The translations under genes and the position numbers were made by a program. Positions 23,201-35,437 of a DNA stretch of 64,000 bases are shown here, one piece after another. The notes under the pieces were generated by a model. That model worked only from the letters and a program-made list of their open reading frames with translations, had not been told where the DNA came from and did not search any database. Source of the stretch: Heteronotia binoei (taxonomy: Eukaryota); contig NC_083228.1 in NCBI RefSeq assembly GCF_032191835.1, positions 110,174,001 through 110,238,000 on the forward strand, read 5' to 3'. Positions within the stretch are counted from its first letter, which is position 1. Every line of letters starts with the position of its first letter.

Positions 23201-25864
23201 TTTTATTTAGTAATAGTCATTTGTTGCATTGGGGATTTTTGTTTTTGTTTTAAAGAAGTGGTTCATAAAACAAGTGATAATGAACCGATCTCAGTAAAGC
23301 AAAATAGAGCTTGACTATTCTGAAGAAGTCAAAAGAGAGATAAGCCATTCAGAAAGTCTCATTTTAATTTCTGGACCCCAGGAAAGGTAAAATCGGTTTT
23401 GAAAAAGAGGAAGAGGATTTTTAAAAAGAAGGCTGATTTGCAAATAATAATTTGTGTAGCTGAAAGTTGTATATAGAGATAGCTAGAAAATGTGTATCTT
23501 TCTAGTAGTGAACAGGTTGCAAACTGAATAGTACATATGGCACTACATTACTCTTTGACTGTCTTCTGACTTTAAAAAAAGCCAATAATCTGAGGAACAT
23601 GTGTAGGCAAAAGAAATAAATGAAGCATCCTAACAATGCAATCCTGAGTAGTCAATGGGTTTAGAATGGGTTTTGCACTGTAAAACATGTTTTATCTTTT
23701 GTACAGCTCCCACGTTTTTGCCATCCTTGCGGTTTCCACTGGGCAAGAAAGGCTAGCATCTGAAAAAGAGAGCTCAGACCCATGAAAGCTCAAGCTGGTA
23801 TAAATCTGAGTTGGCTTGCTCCCTCCATCGTTTTCACAATTGCTGATACTCTTTTTTCCACTGCTTCATGCAGGCGTTGCTGTCAGATAGCTCTGAATGT
23901 CCAACATGCCTCTAATCCCACTTTTTAAGCATGCAGTGTGGACCAAATTGAACCAGTGGATCTGTGGGCACTGCCTCCCCTCCATGTAGCTGGCCAAATG
24001 GGGTTGGGCCAATAAAATCAGTGGGTGAGCCACTTAACTGAGGTAATGCTGGACATAATTCCCCAGTGTTTCTTGCTCCTCCCCCCCCCCCCCCGGACAC
24101 AATAAGATCCAAAGTAGACAGTCATGTTTTTAGAGAGTTGGGTTTTCCTGGTTCCCCACACCCAGCTTGGGTTTCCTGGAGCCCCACAGCAGCTGCAGGG
24201 ATGGACATTTAAAAAAATAAATAAAACAGCCGGTTTGAGCTTGGAACACCATCATAACTCTGCTCAGTATGGTACAATTCATGCACAGTTCTAAATAACT
24301 TTCTAAATGCATTGAAGTCAATGAGTTTAGTAGGATGTTACTGTTTAGGTTTATATTTCCAGTCTCCTAATGAAACCAATGGGACTTTTAAAAAATCCCT
24401 AATTTTGGCTGAAATACGTCCCTAATAGTGTGAAAAATAAGAGAATGCAAAATACTTATGTGCTTGTTATACTTATCATGTGTGAACATTCAAGGCAAAG
24501 TACAAATAATGACTATTTTGTGTCAGTTGTTATTTTGTGACTGTTTTTAGAATTGTCTGAATTCAGTATTGTGGTCAAATTGATTTGCACTAGCAAGGTA
24601 TTTGCTTCTCCAAATGTTCCATGGACTCTGTTGTTTGGACATATGGCTATGTAATGTGAAGAATAAATCTTGTGTCATTTTTACTGGCTGAACGGAAATG
24701 GCTTTAATAGCAAGCTACCATAAAAGTTAAAGATGTTGTTGGTGTAGCTGAAAACTAGAGAGCTCAAATATGCTTTACAGCATGTTCAATATAACAACAT
24801 ATTTTCCATGCCTGTGCATCTATGAGTGTTACTTATTTGACTTTTCCTAAACACAGAAGCACTGATTTAAAAAAACCCAAAAAACTCCCACAACTCTTAA
24901 TGCCTGTTGGTCTCCTGATGTTCTGTTTCCTAAGGAGCTGCTGCTTTCAATTTACTTTGGCAGTGTAGTGTGTGTATGACTTACAGGTAGGCAATAACCT
25001 TTGGCTGTTATTGAAGCAATATGTTTTTAGTTCAGAAAGTTGGCTTGATTGTAAAATTCCTAACACATGTGCATGTGTAGACATCTGGGTGGAGTTTACT
25101 TTGCAAGCAAAAAAGGGAGTGTACAACTCTCCCTCCCATGTTAAGTACACTTTGAAGGACATTCTTAAGTCTTTGCTTGTAGCAAGACAAAGCCCTAGTG
25201 ACCATTCCCAAACATACCTCTGCAGTTCAACGCCACCCAAGTTATGGTAGTGTAAAAAACCTCAGAATTATTAATAACTATATCAGTTCCTACTGACGCA
25301 TGGAAAAAAACTAGCATAAAATATATTCAGGTAGGTAGTCAGCAGCAGAACAAAGTTGGATTCCACTGGCACCTTTAAGACCAACAAACTTTTAATCAAG
25401 GTATAAGCCTTCATGTGCATGCACGCTTTTTTTTGTGTGGATGGATACAATTGTGGACTTTTTAACTGACTGTGGTCATTGCTTAGAAAATTGTAGATAG
25501 AGACTTCAAACTGTGAGGAAGATACACCTCATCATTCTATAAGCATTGTTCCTTGCTTTTTAAGGGTTGATGATAGGGAAAATATTTGCCCAATTCTGAA
25601 GCAAAAGCATTCCACAAATATTTGGAAGTAGAGATGCTGGTGATGCTTGCATATTTGGCATGGAGTGTGTGTACGCTTGGAGAGACTGGATTTAAATGGA
25701 GTTTCCAGAATGCCTGACATTAACTGTCAGGTTGTCTGAGCACAACCATTTCCAGAATGCACGGTGGGGGGAGGGGAAAAAGAGGAAGAAAGGGAATTAA
25801 CTTGAAGGAGATGGTATTGTTGGAACTCTCTGTTTGGGGCAGTGATGCTCTGTATTCTTGTGCG

Positions 25865-26005
25865 GGGGGGGGGGGGCGCAGTGGAAGGACTTCTAGCCCC
25901 ACTGGTGGACCTCTAGATGGCACTTGGGTTTTTTGGCCACTGTGTGACACAGAGTGTTAGACTGGATAGGCCATTGGCCTGATCCAACATGGCTCCTCTT
26001 ATGTT
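25865..26005 (+). mobile_element. CR1 LINE 3' end
   Basis: GGCCACTGTGTGACACAGAGTGTTAGACTGGATAGGCCATTGGCCTGATCCAACATGGCTCCTCTTATGTT. Confidence 0.8.
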
Positions 26006-26230
26006 TGACTGCCATCGGTATTTAAGAGCCGTGGAAGAAGGCCGCCGCCATCAGAATAGCACCAATTTAATAATCTGTTTTCTGTTTTAACTGTTTTAAT
26101 TATTGTTATTTATTATTGAATGTGTATTTTAATATTACTAATCTATTGTTCTTGGGATCTTATGTTGTAAGCTGCCCTGAGCCTGCTTTGGCGAGGAGGG
26201 CGGGATATAAATAAAATAAAATAAATAAAA
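26006..26230 (+). mobile_element. L2 LINE 3' UTR fragment
   Basis: Ends GCTGCCCTGAGCCTGC...GGAGGGCGGGATATAAATAAAATAAA, the same tail as the 27338-29498 L2. Confidence 0.75.
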
Positions 26231-26401
26231 TGTTCTTATGTACAACTATTTTTCTTTCTCTGAGCTACATCCTCTTGTCACTCCATTGCTCCCCAACAAT
26301 GTTAAGCTAACGGATGAGAAGAGGAGAATTTGGGTATCAGGCCCACAGCCATGGGGGCAATGCCCTCCACAGATGAGTGCCACCCCCAGAGGGAAAAAAA
26401 T

Positions 26402-26406
<5 letters not shown>

Positions 26407-26455
<49 letters not shown>
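26407..26455. repeat. (TA)n microsatellite
   Basis: About 24 TA units followed by poly-T. Confidence 0.98.
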
Positions 26456-26463
<8 letters not shown>

Positions 26464-27337
26464 TTTAAAAATATATAAAATGTGTGTGGGTTTTCCAAAA
26501 TGACCCTGGGTACAGTCAGGGAAGTTTTAGTCCCATTTTTTTCTGGGCCAAAAAATAAATAGATTTTTAAAAATTCAAAATAAAATAAAATTGCAAAATA
26601 AATAAATAAATAAAAGTTGCAAATTGCAAAAGAGAGAGTTGGAGATTCCCCCCTCCCCGACTCATGTAGATGAGGAAGCCAGTAGAGTCACGGGGGCACT
26701 GGGGTGTGTACAAATATATATATATTACTAACAAACTTGGATCAATGCATTTTTTTGCTGCTCTGCACCTGGCTCTGAAGAGAGATCAGGGTGATGAAGG
26801 AATGAAACCATAATATGACCTAGGAGCGTGGTCCATTCTCTCTCCAGTGGAAGTTTTGGATTCCTTTGTGGCAGCACAGAAGATAAGAGAGCATAAAGAG
26901 AGGTGGTCACAGTCCTACAGACATAATTAGATGGACTTATTTTACCCTCAAACTCTTTCCGTGATTGCATTTGCTACCAGCTGCTATTCTGGGAGCATAA
27001 TTGTATATTTACTTGCGGTTTCATAGTCTTTGTCAGTAATAGATATATCAGTTTGTTTGTGGCTGGAGTTGTTTTGTATGTTATGAGAAAACAACAATGA
27101 TAACAAGCACATCTGAAGCAATATAATGTAAAGTCTCGTAGAATTATAAGCATTAAACTGTAGAAACCCAGGGTTGACACTTGTTACACAGCTGATGAAA
27201 GTGATTATTTTAACCATTCCTTATTGATGCATGTTAAATTGTACACTTTTTCCTCTCTGAGAGAGCCAGACTTAGCACAAAGAGAACAGTTGAGCCTTCT
27301 AGCTGAGTAGGGGAGGGATGGTGGCTCAGTGGTAGAG

Positions 27338-29237
27338 TGGCATACTTGGGATGAAGCGACGAGAATATCCTATAGAACGTTTATGAGGTCTTATGAGATG
27401 GCAGTCAAGGCCGCAAAGAAAGACTACTTTGCAGCCAAGATTGCATCTGCAAATTCGCTCCTGGCACAATTGTGTAGAATAATTGGAAATCTTAGTACAC
27501 TGCCTCAAGGCAGACCAAATGTGAGAGAATTAGAGATAGGCTGTGAGGCTTTTGCGAAACATTTTGCAGATAAAATCATGTCGCTCCGCCAAGACCTGCC
27601 TATCACATTGGATACAGTACAGGAACTTGAGGCTCCGTGCCTGTCTTCTGGTTTAGTTCTGGGTCACTTCGACCCACTGAGCCTGGAGGAAGTCAACGGA
27701 AATCTCTCTGTTGCACGCCCAACAACTTGTGATTTGGACCCTTGCCCCTCCTGGCCGATTAAACCTTGCCAAAGGGAGCTCAGATGTCCTTTACGGGACA
27801 TCATAAATAGATCCCTCTTGGAGGGGCGCTTTCCAACACCTTTGAAAGAGGCTTTGGTCCGTCCCCTCCTGAAAAAACGTACAGCAGACCCGGCCGAATT
27901 GGCAAACTACCGACCGGTCTCTAATTTACCGTTTTTAGGTATAATTATTGAGAGGGCAGTGGCGTTGCAGCTGCAGAGTTTTCTGGATGACGCTTCCATC
28001 CTAGACCCTTGCCAGTCCGGCTTCCGTCCGGGCCATGGGATGGAGACAGTGCTGGTCACCTTGGTAGATGACCTCCAGCGGCATCTGGATCGAGGTGGTG
28101 TGGCGGTGCTGAAGTTGTTAGAACTGTCGGCGGCGTTCGATATGGTCGACCATCAGCTACTGACCCGCCACCTCGCCAACATAGGGGTTAGGGGGTTGGC
28201 CTTACAATGGCTTTCCTCCTTCCTTAAGGGACGGGGACAAAGGGTGGCAATCGGGAGTGAGCTGTCCCAGAGGTGCACACTAGACTGTGGGGTGCCCCAG
28301 GGAGCAGTTCTCTCCCTGATGTTATTTAACATCTACATGCACCCCCTTGCCCAGATTGCCCGGAGGTTTGGGCTTGGTTGTCATCAATATGCAGAAGACA
28401 CCCAGCTCTATCTGCTAATGGCTGGCTGGCCTGACTGCGTCCCAGGGAATCTGGACCAGGCATTGCAGGCCATGGCAACCTGGCTTAGGCGGAGTGGGTT
28501 GAAGCTGAACCCGACGAAGACAGAGGTCCTTTGCATGGGCTGCGGCGCTCTGGGGAGGGAAATACCTCTCCCGGTTTTTGACGGTGTACCGCTGAATGAG
28601 GCGCACCAAGTCAAGAGCCTGGGAGTTCTACTGGAGCCTTCATTATCAATGGAGGCCCAGATAGCAGCCACTGCCAAGTTGGCGTTTTTTCATCTGAAGC
28701 GGGCAAGGCAGTTGGCCCCTTTCCTAGAGCGTCAGGACCTAGCAACAGTGATTCATGTGACGGTCACCTCAAGATTGGACTACTGTAATGCCCTCTACAT
28801 GGGGCTGCCTCTGTCGAACCCGGAAGCTGCAGCTGGTGCAGAATGCGCCGGCTAGGCTGTTACTAGGACTCCCGAAGTGGGAGCACATACAGCCAGGGCT
28901 GCGCGGACTGCACTGGCTGCCAGTTACATACCGGGTTCGCTACAAAGTGCTGGTTATTACCTTTAAAGCCCTATATGGTCAAGGACCTGCCTACCTGAGG
29001 GACCGTCTTTCCCCATACGAGCCCCAGAGAGCACTGAGGTCAGCAGGGAAGAACAAGCTGACTATCCCCAGGCCAAAGGAGGTGAAATTGCAGAACACCC
29101 ACACACAGGCCTTCTCTATTGTTGCTCCACGCCTATGGAACCATCTCCCGGAAGAGGTGCGGGCCCTGCGGAGCCTTGACCAATTCCGCAGGGCCTGCAA
29201 AACCATCCTTTTTAGGATGGCCTTTGCGGACTGCTGA
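27338..29237 (+). pseudogene. L2 ORF2 reverse transcriptase, frameshifted near 28814
   Basis: NYRPVSNLPFLG, QSGFRPGHG, LLELSAAFD, GVPQGAVLS and YAEDTQ motifs; C-terminus (LQLVQNAPAR...LHWLPV...PRLWNHLP) continues in another frame (ORF 28788-29237). Confidence 0.93.
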
Positions 29238-29498
29238 TTGAAGGATTGCTGAACTGATGGATTCGCCTAAGTGACTTCCGCCTAAGTGATTTTCGCCATT
29301 ATGTTAACTGACAGAATAGCACCAGAAATACCACTGTTATTGTTAAATTATTGTTAAATGTAAATTAGAATGGTTTTTAAGGCTAATGCTGATTTTAAAA
29401 GTTTTGTATAACTATTGTATGGATATGTTGTTAGCCGCCCTGAGCCTGCCTAGGCAGGGAGGGTGGGATATAAATAAAATTTTTATTATTATTATTAT
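27338..29498 (+). mobile_element. 5'-truncated L2 LINE, young
   Basis: RT-encoding ORF2, L2-type 3' UTR (GCCGCCCTGAGCCTG...GGGATATAAAT) and (ATT)n tail; many CpGs retained. Confidence 0.95.
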
Positions 29499-29924
29499 TA
29501 GAACATCTGCTTGGTAAGCAGAAGGTCCCAGGTTCAATCCCCGGCATCTCCAACTAAAAAAAAGGGTCTAGGCAAGTAGGCGTGAAAAACCTCAGCTTGA
29601 GACCCTGGAGAGCCACTGCCAGTCTGAGTAGACAATACTGACTTGATGGACCAAGGGTCTGATTCAGTAGAAGGCAGCTTCATATGTTCATATAGTAACG
29701 CCATCTGCATCAAGCAATATTGTGGTATAACTGTCTAAGTGAGAGGACTTTTTGTAAGTTCTAATGAAGGATGTATTGTGTTCTTCTGTAATACGTTCAA
29801 CAATTTCCCAGTTTTTAGTGTTGGTTTCTGTGATTTTTTTTAAAAAAACTTTTAAATAAATAAATGAATTAGAAAATTAGCATAAAGGGAAAAGATAAAA
29901 ATACCATACAATATTATACAACAT

Positions 29925-30124
29925 CAGGGCTTTTTCATAGAAAAAGCCCAGCAGGAACTCATTTTCCTATTAGGCCACACCCCTGACATCACCAATGTTT
30001 CACACATGGCTTTTTTGTTTTAAAAGCCCAACAGGAACTCATTTGCATATTAGGCCACCCTCCTTGACACCAGGCCAGTCGGAACTGTGTTCCTGTGCAT
30101 TCCTGCTTTTAAAAAAGAGCCCTG
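29925..30124 (+). mobile_element. hAT MITE (CAGGGCTTTTT TIR), copy 1
   Basis: CAGGGCTTTTT...AAAAAAGAGCCCTG termini; 8-bp TSD tacaacat/tacagcat; internal tandem dimer. Confidence 0.88.
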
Positions 30125-30299
30125 TACAGCATGAATCCAGGATATTCAGTAATTTCAGTAAATCTAGCATACCAATGTTACTACAATTGAAATAACAATT
30201 CTCTGAAGCACATAATGTGCCAACGCATATTTTTCTAGACAATGTTCAGTCATTGCACCAAGATTCCTGCTTGAATACTAGTGTACTAATTAAATAATC

Positions 30300-30745
30300 A
30301 CATCAAAATGTGATTATAAATAAAACATTAATAAAAAGCTAAACTATTATTATAAATAAATAAAATGAATATTATAAGGAAAATATTATAAAAATCTAAA
30401 CTATTAATTTACACTTCTAGATCCCAATAAGATAGTAATACAAGTTGTCAACACACCAAAATTTTGAAAATGAGCAGTATCAATAGTACTGCAACACATT
30501 CATATATCTGGTTATTACTGTATCTCATTGAACATTTTTTGCTTTATCCAGTTTAAACTTTACTATTAAGTTGTCAATTTTCTTCCAATATATGAGGTAA
30601 ATGGTAGCCAACTTTTATCTATCATATCTCTCAGTTGCTGTAGAACTGTTAAGTTTACTATTTTTATGACATTCCACATTTTTAATAATCACTGTCGATT
30701 AGGCAAGGATTGAGCCTTCCAATATTGCACAAATGCAATTCTAGA
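30300..30745 (-). mobile_element. L1-type LINE 3' remnant (ORF2 C-terminus plus AT-rich 3' UTR)
   Basis: Minus 30745-30566 translates SRIAFVQYWKAQSLPNRQ*LLKMWNVIKIVNLT...DKSWLPFTSYIG, resembling the WK...P...W...W.PF..Y end of non-mammalian L1 ORF2. Confidence 0.6.
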
Positions 30746-31237
30746 TGTAGAATGATTTCCTTGACATTTTTTTGTACTTATTTATTTTAAGCTACTTTTT
30801 TGGGGAAATCATGCATGGGTTGAATCTCTATATATTACAAATAAGTTGTGAATGTCCATTCACCAGAAGGCCAGATCATGAGCTCCAGCATATGTGCTTT
30901 CCTGCCAGCAGGACAAAACCACATGACCAATTTCTGCATTGCTCCACAGAGTTGTTTGTGAGGGTGTGCATATTTTTTTTTAAAAAAAGGTCCTTCTAAG
31001 TATTGCACAGAGACTAGATCCATACATTATAATTGCTAATACTCAAGCATTAACACTGTATGTTGTATCCTATAGAGCTCATAACAGAGAGCCAAAGCAG
31101 ACCAAAATGTCATATTAGCAAGCCTGGTGCCTGCTGGATCTAGTCTTCAGTTCCTCTATTTCCACTTGGAAAGACTTTCCAAGGAACAAAGGTTCTTTCC
31201 CAGAGTACAAAGAAATTACCTTTGATATTACTACCAG

Positions 31238-31429
31238 CAAGGCTTTTTTTCCTAGGAAAAAGTCCAGCAGGAACTTATTTGCATATTAGGCCACACCCCA
31301 TGATGTCACCATTGTTTAGAACAGGGCTTTTACTGTAGAAAAAGTCCAGCAGGAATTCATTTGCATATTAGACCACACCCTCTGACACCAGGCCAGCCGG
31401 AACTGCATTCCTGCTCAAAAAAAGCCCTG
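31238..31429 (+). mobile_element. hAT MITE (CAGGGCTTTTT TIR), copy 2
   Basis: Exact 8-bp TSD ACTACCAG (31230-31237, 31430-31437). Confidence 0.9.
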
Positions 31430-31445
31430 ACTACCAGGAACATAG

Positions 31446-31713
31446 TGACCATTTTCGCACACAGCTTACCTTGCAGTCACAATTCTGTTCCCTCCGTAGC
31501 GTCCGGTCGGATTTCGCACCATCTGCGCCGGAGTTACAGGAAGTGCCGTGGCTTTTGCGTAGCAAACGTAAACTGGGTTTTAGCGGTTTATGTTTGCTAC
31601 GCAAAAGCCGCGGCACTTCCTGTAACTTCGGCGCAGATAGTGGGAAATCTGACCGGATGCTGCGGAGGGAACAGGATTGTGACTGCGAGGTAAGCTGTGT
31701 GCGAAAACGGTCA
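31446..31713. mobile_element. 268-bp palindromic MITE, possibly PIF/Harbinger-type
   Basis: 130-bp arms (31446-31575, 31584-31713), 12 mismatches, 8-nt loop; flanked by TAG on both sides (3-bp TSD-like). Confidence 0.8.
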
Positions 31714-34700
31714 TAGTAGTTTTAAGAGCACATGCTTACTGATAGGTGAGATTTTGGGAAAGTAAGACTTCAGCTATCTAGTGGAAATCTTGGGAAAGTG
31801 AGGCATTCTATCTAGTGGCTCTTTAGAGAATCAGCTGGCCTCTGTTGACTGTGTATGTGTAGTGTGGCAAAGCATCCATTGCTTCACACTGGTGAGTAAT
31901 TCCTAGAATAAGCAACTTTTATAGGTCAGGGCGGCTGTTGAATATGGCACATTGATGCATGTCAGTTAAAATTTTACTACATGAATAACAACTTAAAGGC
32001 AAGCATATAAACTGCCCAGAGGACATTTAAATGTTCCATAAAAGCTAGTGAGAGAACTTCTGAATAATCTGTTGCTATACTTGAATTATTGCAATTTTTG
32101 TACAATGAACTGAGGATGTCAGATGCCTAGTGAGTTTTACAAACTCTAGCTGCAAGGTAGCAAAGAGAGAACATTACTAATGTGGATGGATATTTTGGTG
32201 GTGGTCTATGCAGTGAAAATGAATATGAATGTATGATTTGGCTGTTCTCATTGATAACTGTCCTTTCTACTTTGAGTTGCTGTGTCATCCTGAGTTGGGT
32301 TGCACCCTCCAATGCCAACTCACTTCAGTGGACTTACAATGTGTAACTTCGCTTAGTGTTGCACTGTAAGGAATTTAAAGGCAACCTAACCAGGAATTTC
32401 CTACAATATTAGCACAATATCTGTATGCACACGAAAGCTTACATTCTTAATTGTTGGTCTTAAAAGTGCCACAGGACTTCAACTTTGAGAAAAGATGTGC
32501 TAAAGATAATAGAGAAGGAAAGGACATTAAAGATTTTGTTACAAGTTACCATATTCCAATAAGGAATTGTATGATTCTTCGATGTATATCTTTACTTGTA
32601 GCTTTAGAAATAGTGCCAAACCACAACTGGGCATTACATGAATGAACCTTGTGTTCATGTGCTCACTCCACTCCCTCCCTCTTTACCTCATAAGCTGCAG
32701 TTTGGTTGCTGTCTTCCTCTTTAGCACATACTATAGATTGTCTGTTAACACCTGAATGAGCAAACTTACTCATTTGCAAACCATTTTTAAATAGTTGCAG
32801 TACACAAACACAAAGCTTGTTTGCTGCTGGCAAATGATAGTTTTGTATTATGTCTGAACCATGTATGTAAAAATCCTTCCCAGGGTTTGTACACTGCCTG
32901 TATTAGCAGTGATTTACAAGTGTATAGAATTCACTATGATAGGTTGGTTCCAAATGTCAGTAAATGTGAGGTTTGGGAATCTTTCCTGATCTTTTGAACC
33001 AATACCTACATGGGTGGGGAAGGGGAAAGGGCAAAATCGCCCCCTTCTCCCCATTCCATCAGTCGAGCAGTGCTAATGGAAGAGACAGAAAGGGCAATTT
33101 GACCATTTCCCCCCTCACTACTGCAGACCTGCAGGACTATTAATCCATGTGGGTCATGCAGCTCTAGGAATAAACTTTGCTATATTTTGAAAGGACTGTT
33201 TGTGGGGGAGGGGGCCATGGAAAGATCTGCAGTCAGCAGTATGCCAGGATGGAAAGGATTTTCATCGGTCCAGCGGGACTCCTTCACCTCCCTCTGCAGT
33301 TGAAAGTCCTCCCCCTGAAATGCTGCTCATGACCCCCAGAAAGATCTGGATGGAAGAAAGAGGTTTGCTGCCAGAGATGGGAATCAGCACAATTTGCTTT
33401 CTCCTTTCAGCAGCAGAAGTTTCTATTGGATCCAACCTGTGTGGATTGCATGTTACCATGCACAGAAATGACTTTCATGCAGGCATGTAGTAGAGTGTAA
33501 AGTGAGCCTAATTTGAATCACACTTGACTGTACAGCGCACAGAAAATTACTAGTCTGTTCATAAACAGCCTTAAGGAAGTAACTCAGCATTTAGATGTGC
33601 TTTGTTACACAGAGTAATATGGCTGTCTAAAACAAGAGCATGTTTGTATGACTTATGATGTTGCTTAAAGTTCTAAATGAGAGTATGTCTGTACAATTTT
33701 TTATTGTGGTTTATTAAGATATTTATTTCATCTTTTTATTAAGAACAATTCTTGGACTGCTTTTACTATTATTTAATACTGGCAACATTCACTGAGTTTA
33801 ATTGAAGAAGTTCAGGTTCATAAATGCTTTTGTTAATGGAGGAACAACTGAAAATGAATATTTGCTTGAAATAGTTTTTTGTTCAGCACATTGTGAGCCC
33901 TGGGATCCAACATACAGCTGATTACAGAGCATTATCCCAAGAGCTGCCTTCAAACTATTCTTTTTGCAAAAAGGCATTTCATGGCTTTACTAGAAATGTA
34001 GACAAACACAGCTGTGAATTTAGTTATGCCACAGAAAATTGTTTGTTGAAACAACATATAGTTAAAAAGATGCAAACTGCCGAAATCAGATTAATTCACT
34101 GTGTCATTAAAAAGTCAAATGATGTTTTTAAAAGTCTGTTTGGCAGATTAGAGTGATGGGAGTTTGTTTTTTTTTTTACAGACTGGTCATTCTATCAATC
34201 ACTTTCCATCAAATAAAGTGATAAATTTTTGTACAAATGTTTTTAGATTCTCCATTCAGACTTATGAACATAGTTATTGTAACGTCAACAATCAGAAGCA
34301 TGCATATCAAATTTGAATAATGATCCCTACCTACATAGCTAATTTATTTTGAAAAATCAGATGGATGTGAACTCTTATTTGGGCTGCATCATGAAGCCAG
34401 TCCTGTTCATAGAGCTTGCCTGTGTGCACAGTTGTAACCTTTGCAGATGCATATGGGATTAGATCCCATGGAGAATTTCTGCTGAGTGAAGGGGGTGGTG
34501 GTGATCTTTTCTGATTCTGCCCCTCCTATGTCAGACCTCTGATTTCCCCCTTGTACTGTTCCAGACCCTGTACTCTAGGAACAGCATTTCTAGGGGTAGT
34601 GGATTTGGGGCTTCAGTGAAAACATTTGGTAGGATCAGAACCTGCTTTTGCATTGTTATATTATTATATTAGTTATATTAGTATAATATTGTTATATTAG

Positions 34701-35152
34701 TATTATCATTAAGCATGAAACATGACAGCTGTACTGCAGAGATGGGGAACATCCAGAGTAAACATAGCAGGAAGTAGAAGCAATTAAACTTCTCTTAAAC
34801 CATACACAAAAATCTCATAGATGCCTTTCAAAATAAGAAATTCCTCTGCATCACATAGTAATGCATCATGAGTTCTAAGTTAGTTAAAAATTGGAAATAG
34901 TTTCTTACTTGTGGGTATCTCAACATGATCCAAAGTGATAGAAACCTATTATGTATTAATTGCCTAGTTGTCCCCTCCCCCCAACATTGTAACCCCACCC
35001 CCAGCCTGCTTTGGCAGGATGGGTGGGATAGAAATCCCATAAAGAAATAAAGAAATGAATGAATGTCATGGCCGCGGGCTAGCAGCTGTAACAGTTCAGA
35101 TACCATCAAAAGGTATGGTTTGGGAATACATACAATGTTCTGCAATACAGAT

Positions 35153-35437
35153 GGTAAAAGTGATCCCCTGCGCAAGCACCAGTCATTTCTGACTCTGGGG
35201 TGATGTTGCTTTCACAGCATTTTCATGGCAGACTTTTTACAGGGTGGTTTGCCATTGCCTTCCCTAGTCATTTACACTTTATCCCCAGCAAGCTGGGTAC
35301 TCATTTTACTGACCATAGAAGACTGAGTGAACCATGAGCTGGCTACCTGAGCCCAGCTTCTGCCGGGATTGAACTCAGGTTGTGAGCAGAGCTTGGACTG
35401 CAGTACTGCAGCTTCCCACTCTGTGCCATGGGGCTCT
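35153..35437 (-). mobile_element. Sauria SINE (near full length)
   Basis: Minus: tRNA-like head (GAGTTCAATCCC B box), GAGTACCCAGCTTGCTGG and GGCAATGGCAAACCAC body, BovB-like tail. Confidence 0.85.

Larger units (their letters stand above)
27311..29693 (+). mobile_element. tRNA-headed SINE interrupted by L2 (SINE parts 27311-27337 and 29499-29693)
   Basis: GGGAGGGATGGTGGCTCAGTGGTAGAG | L2 | TAGAACATCTGCTTGGTAAGCAGAAGGTCCCAGGTTCAATCC: the A box is separated from the B box by the L2; TAGA is present at both junctions. Confidence 0.85.
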
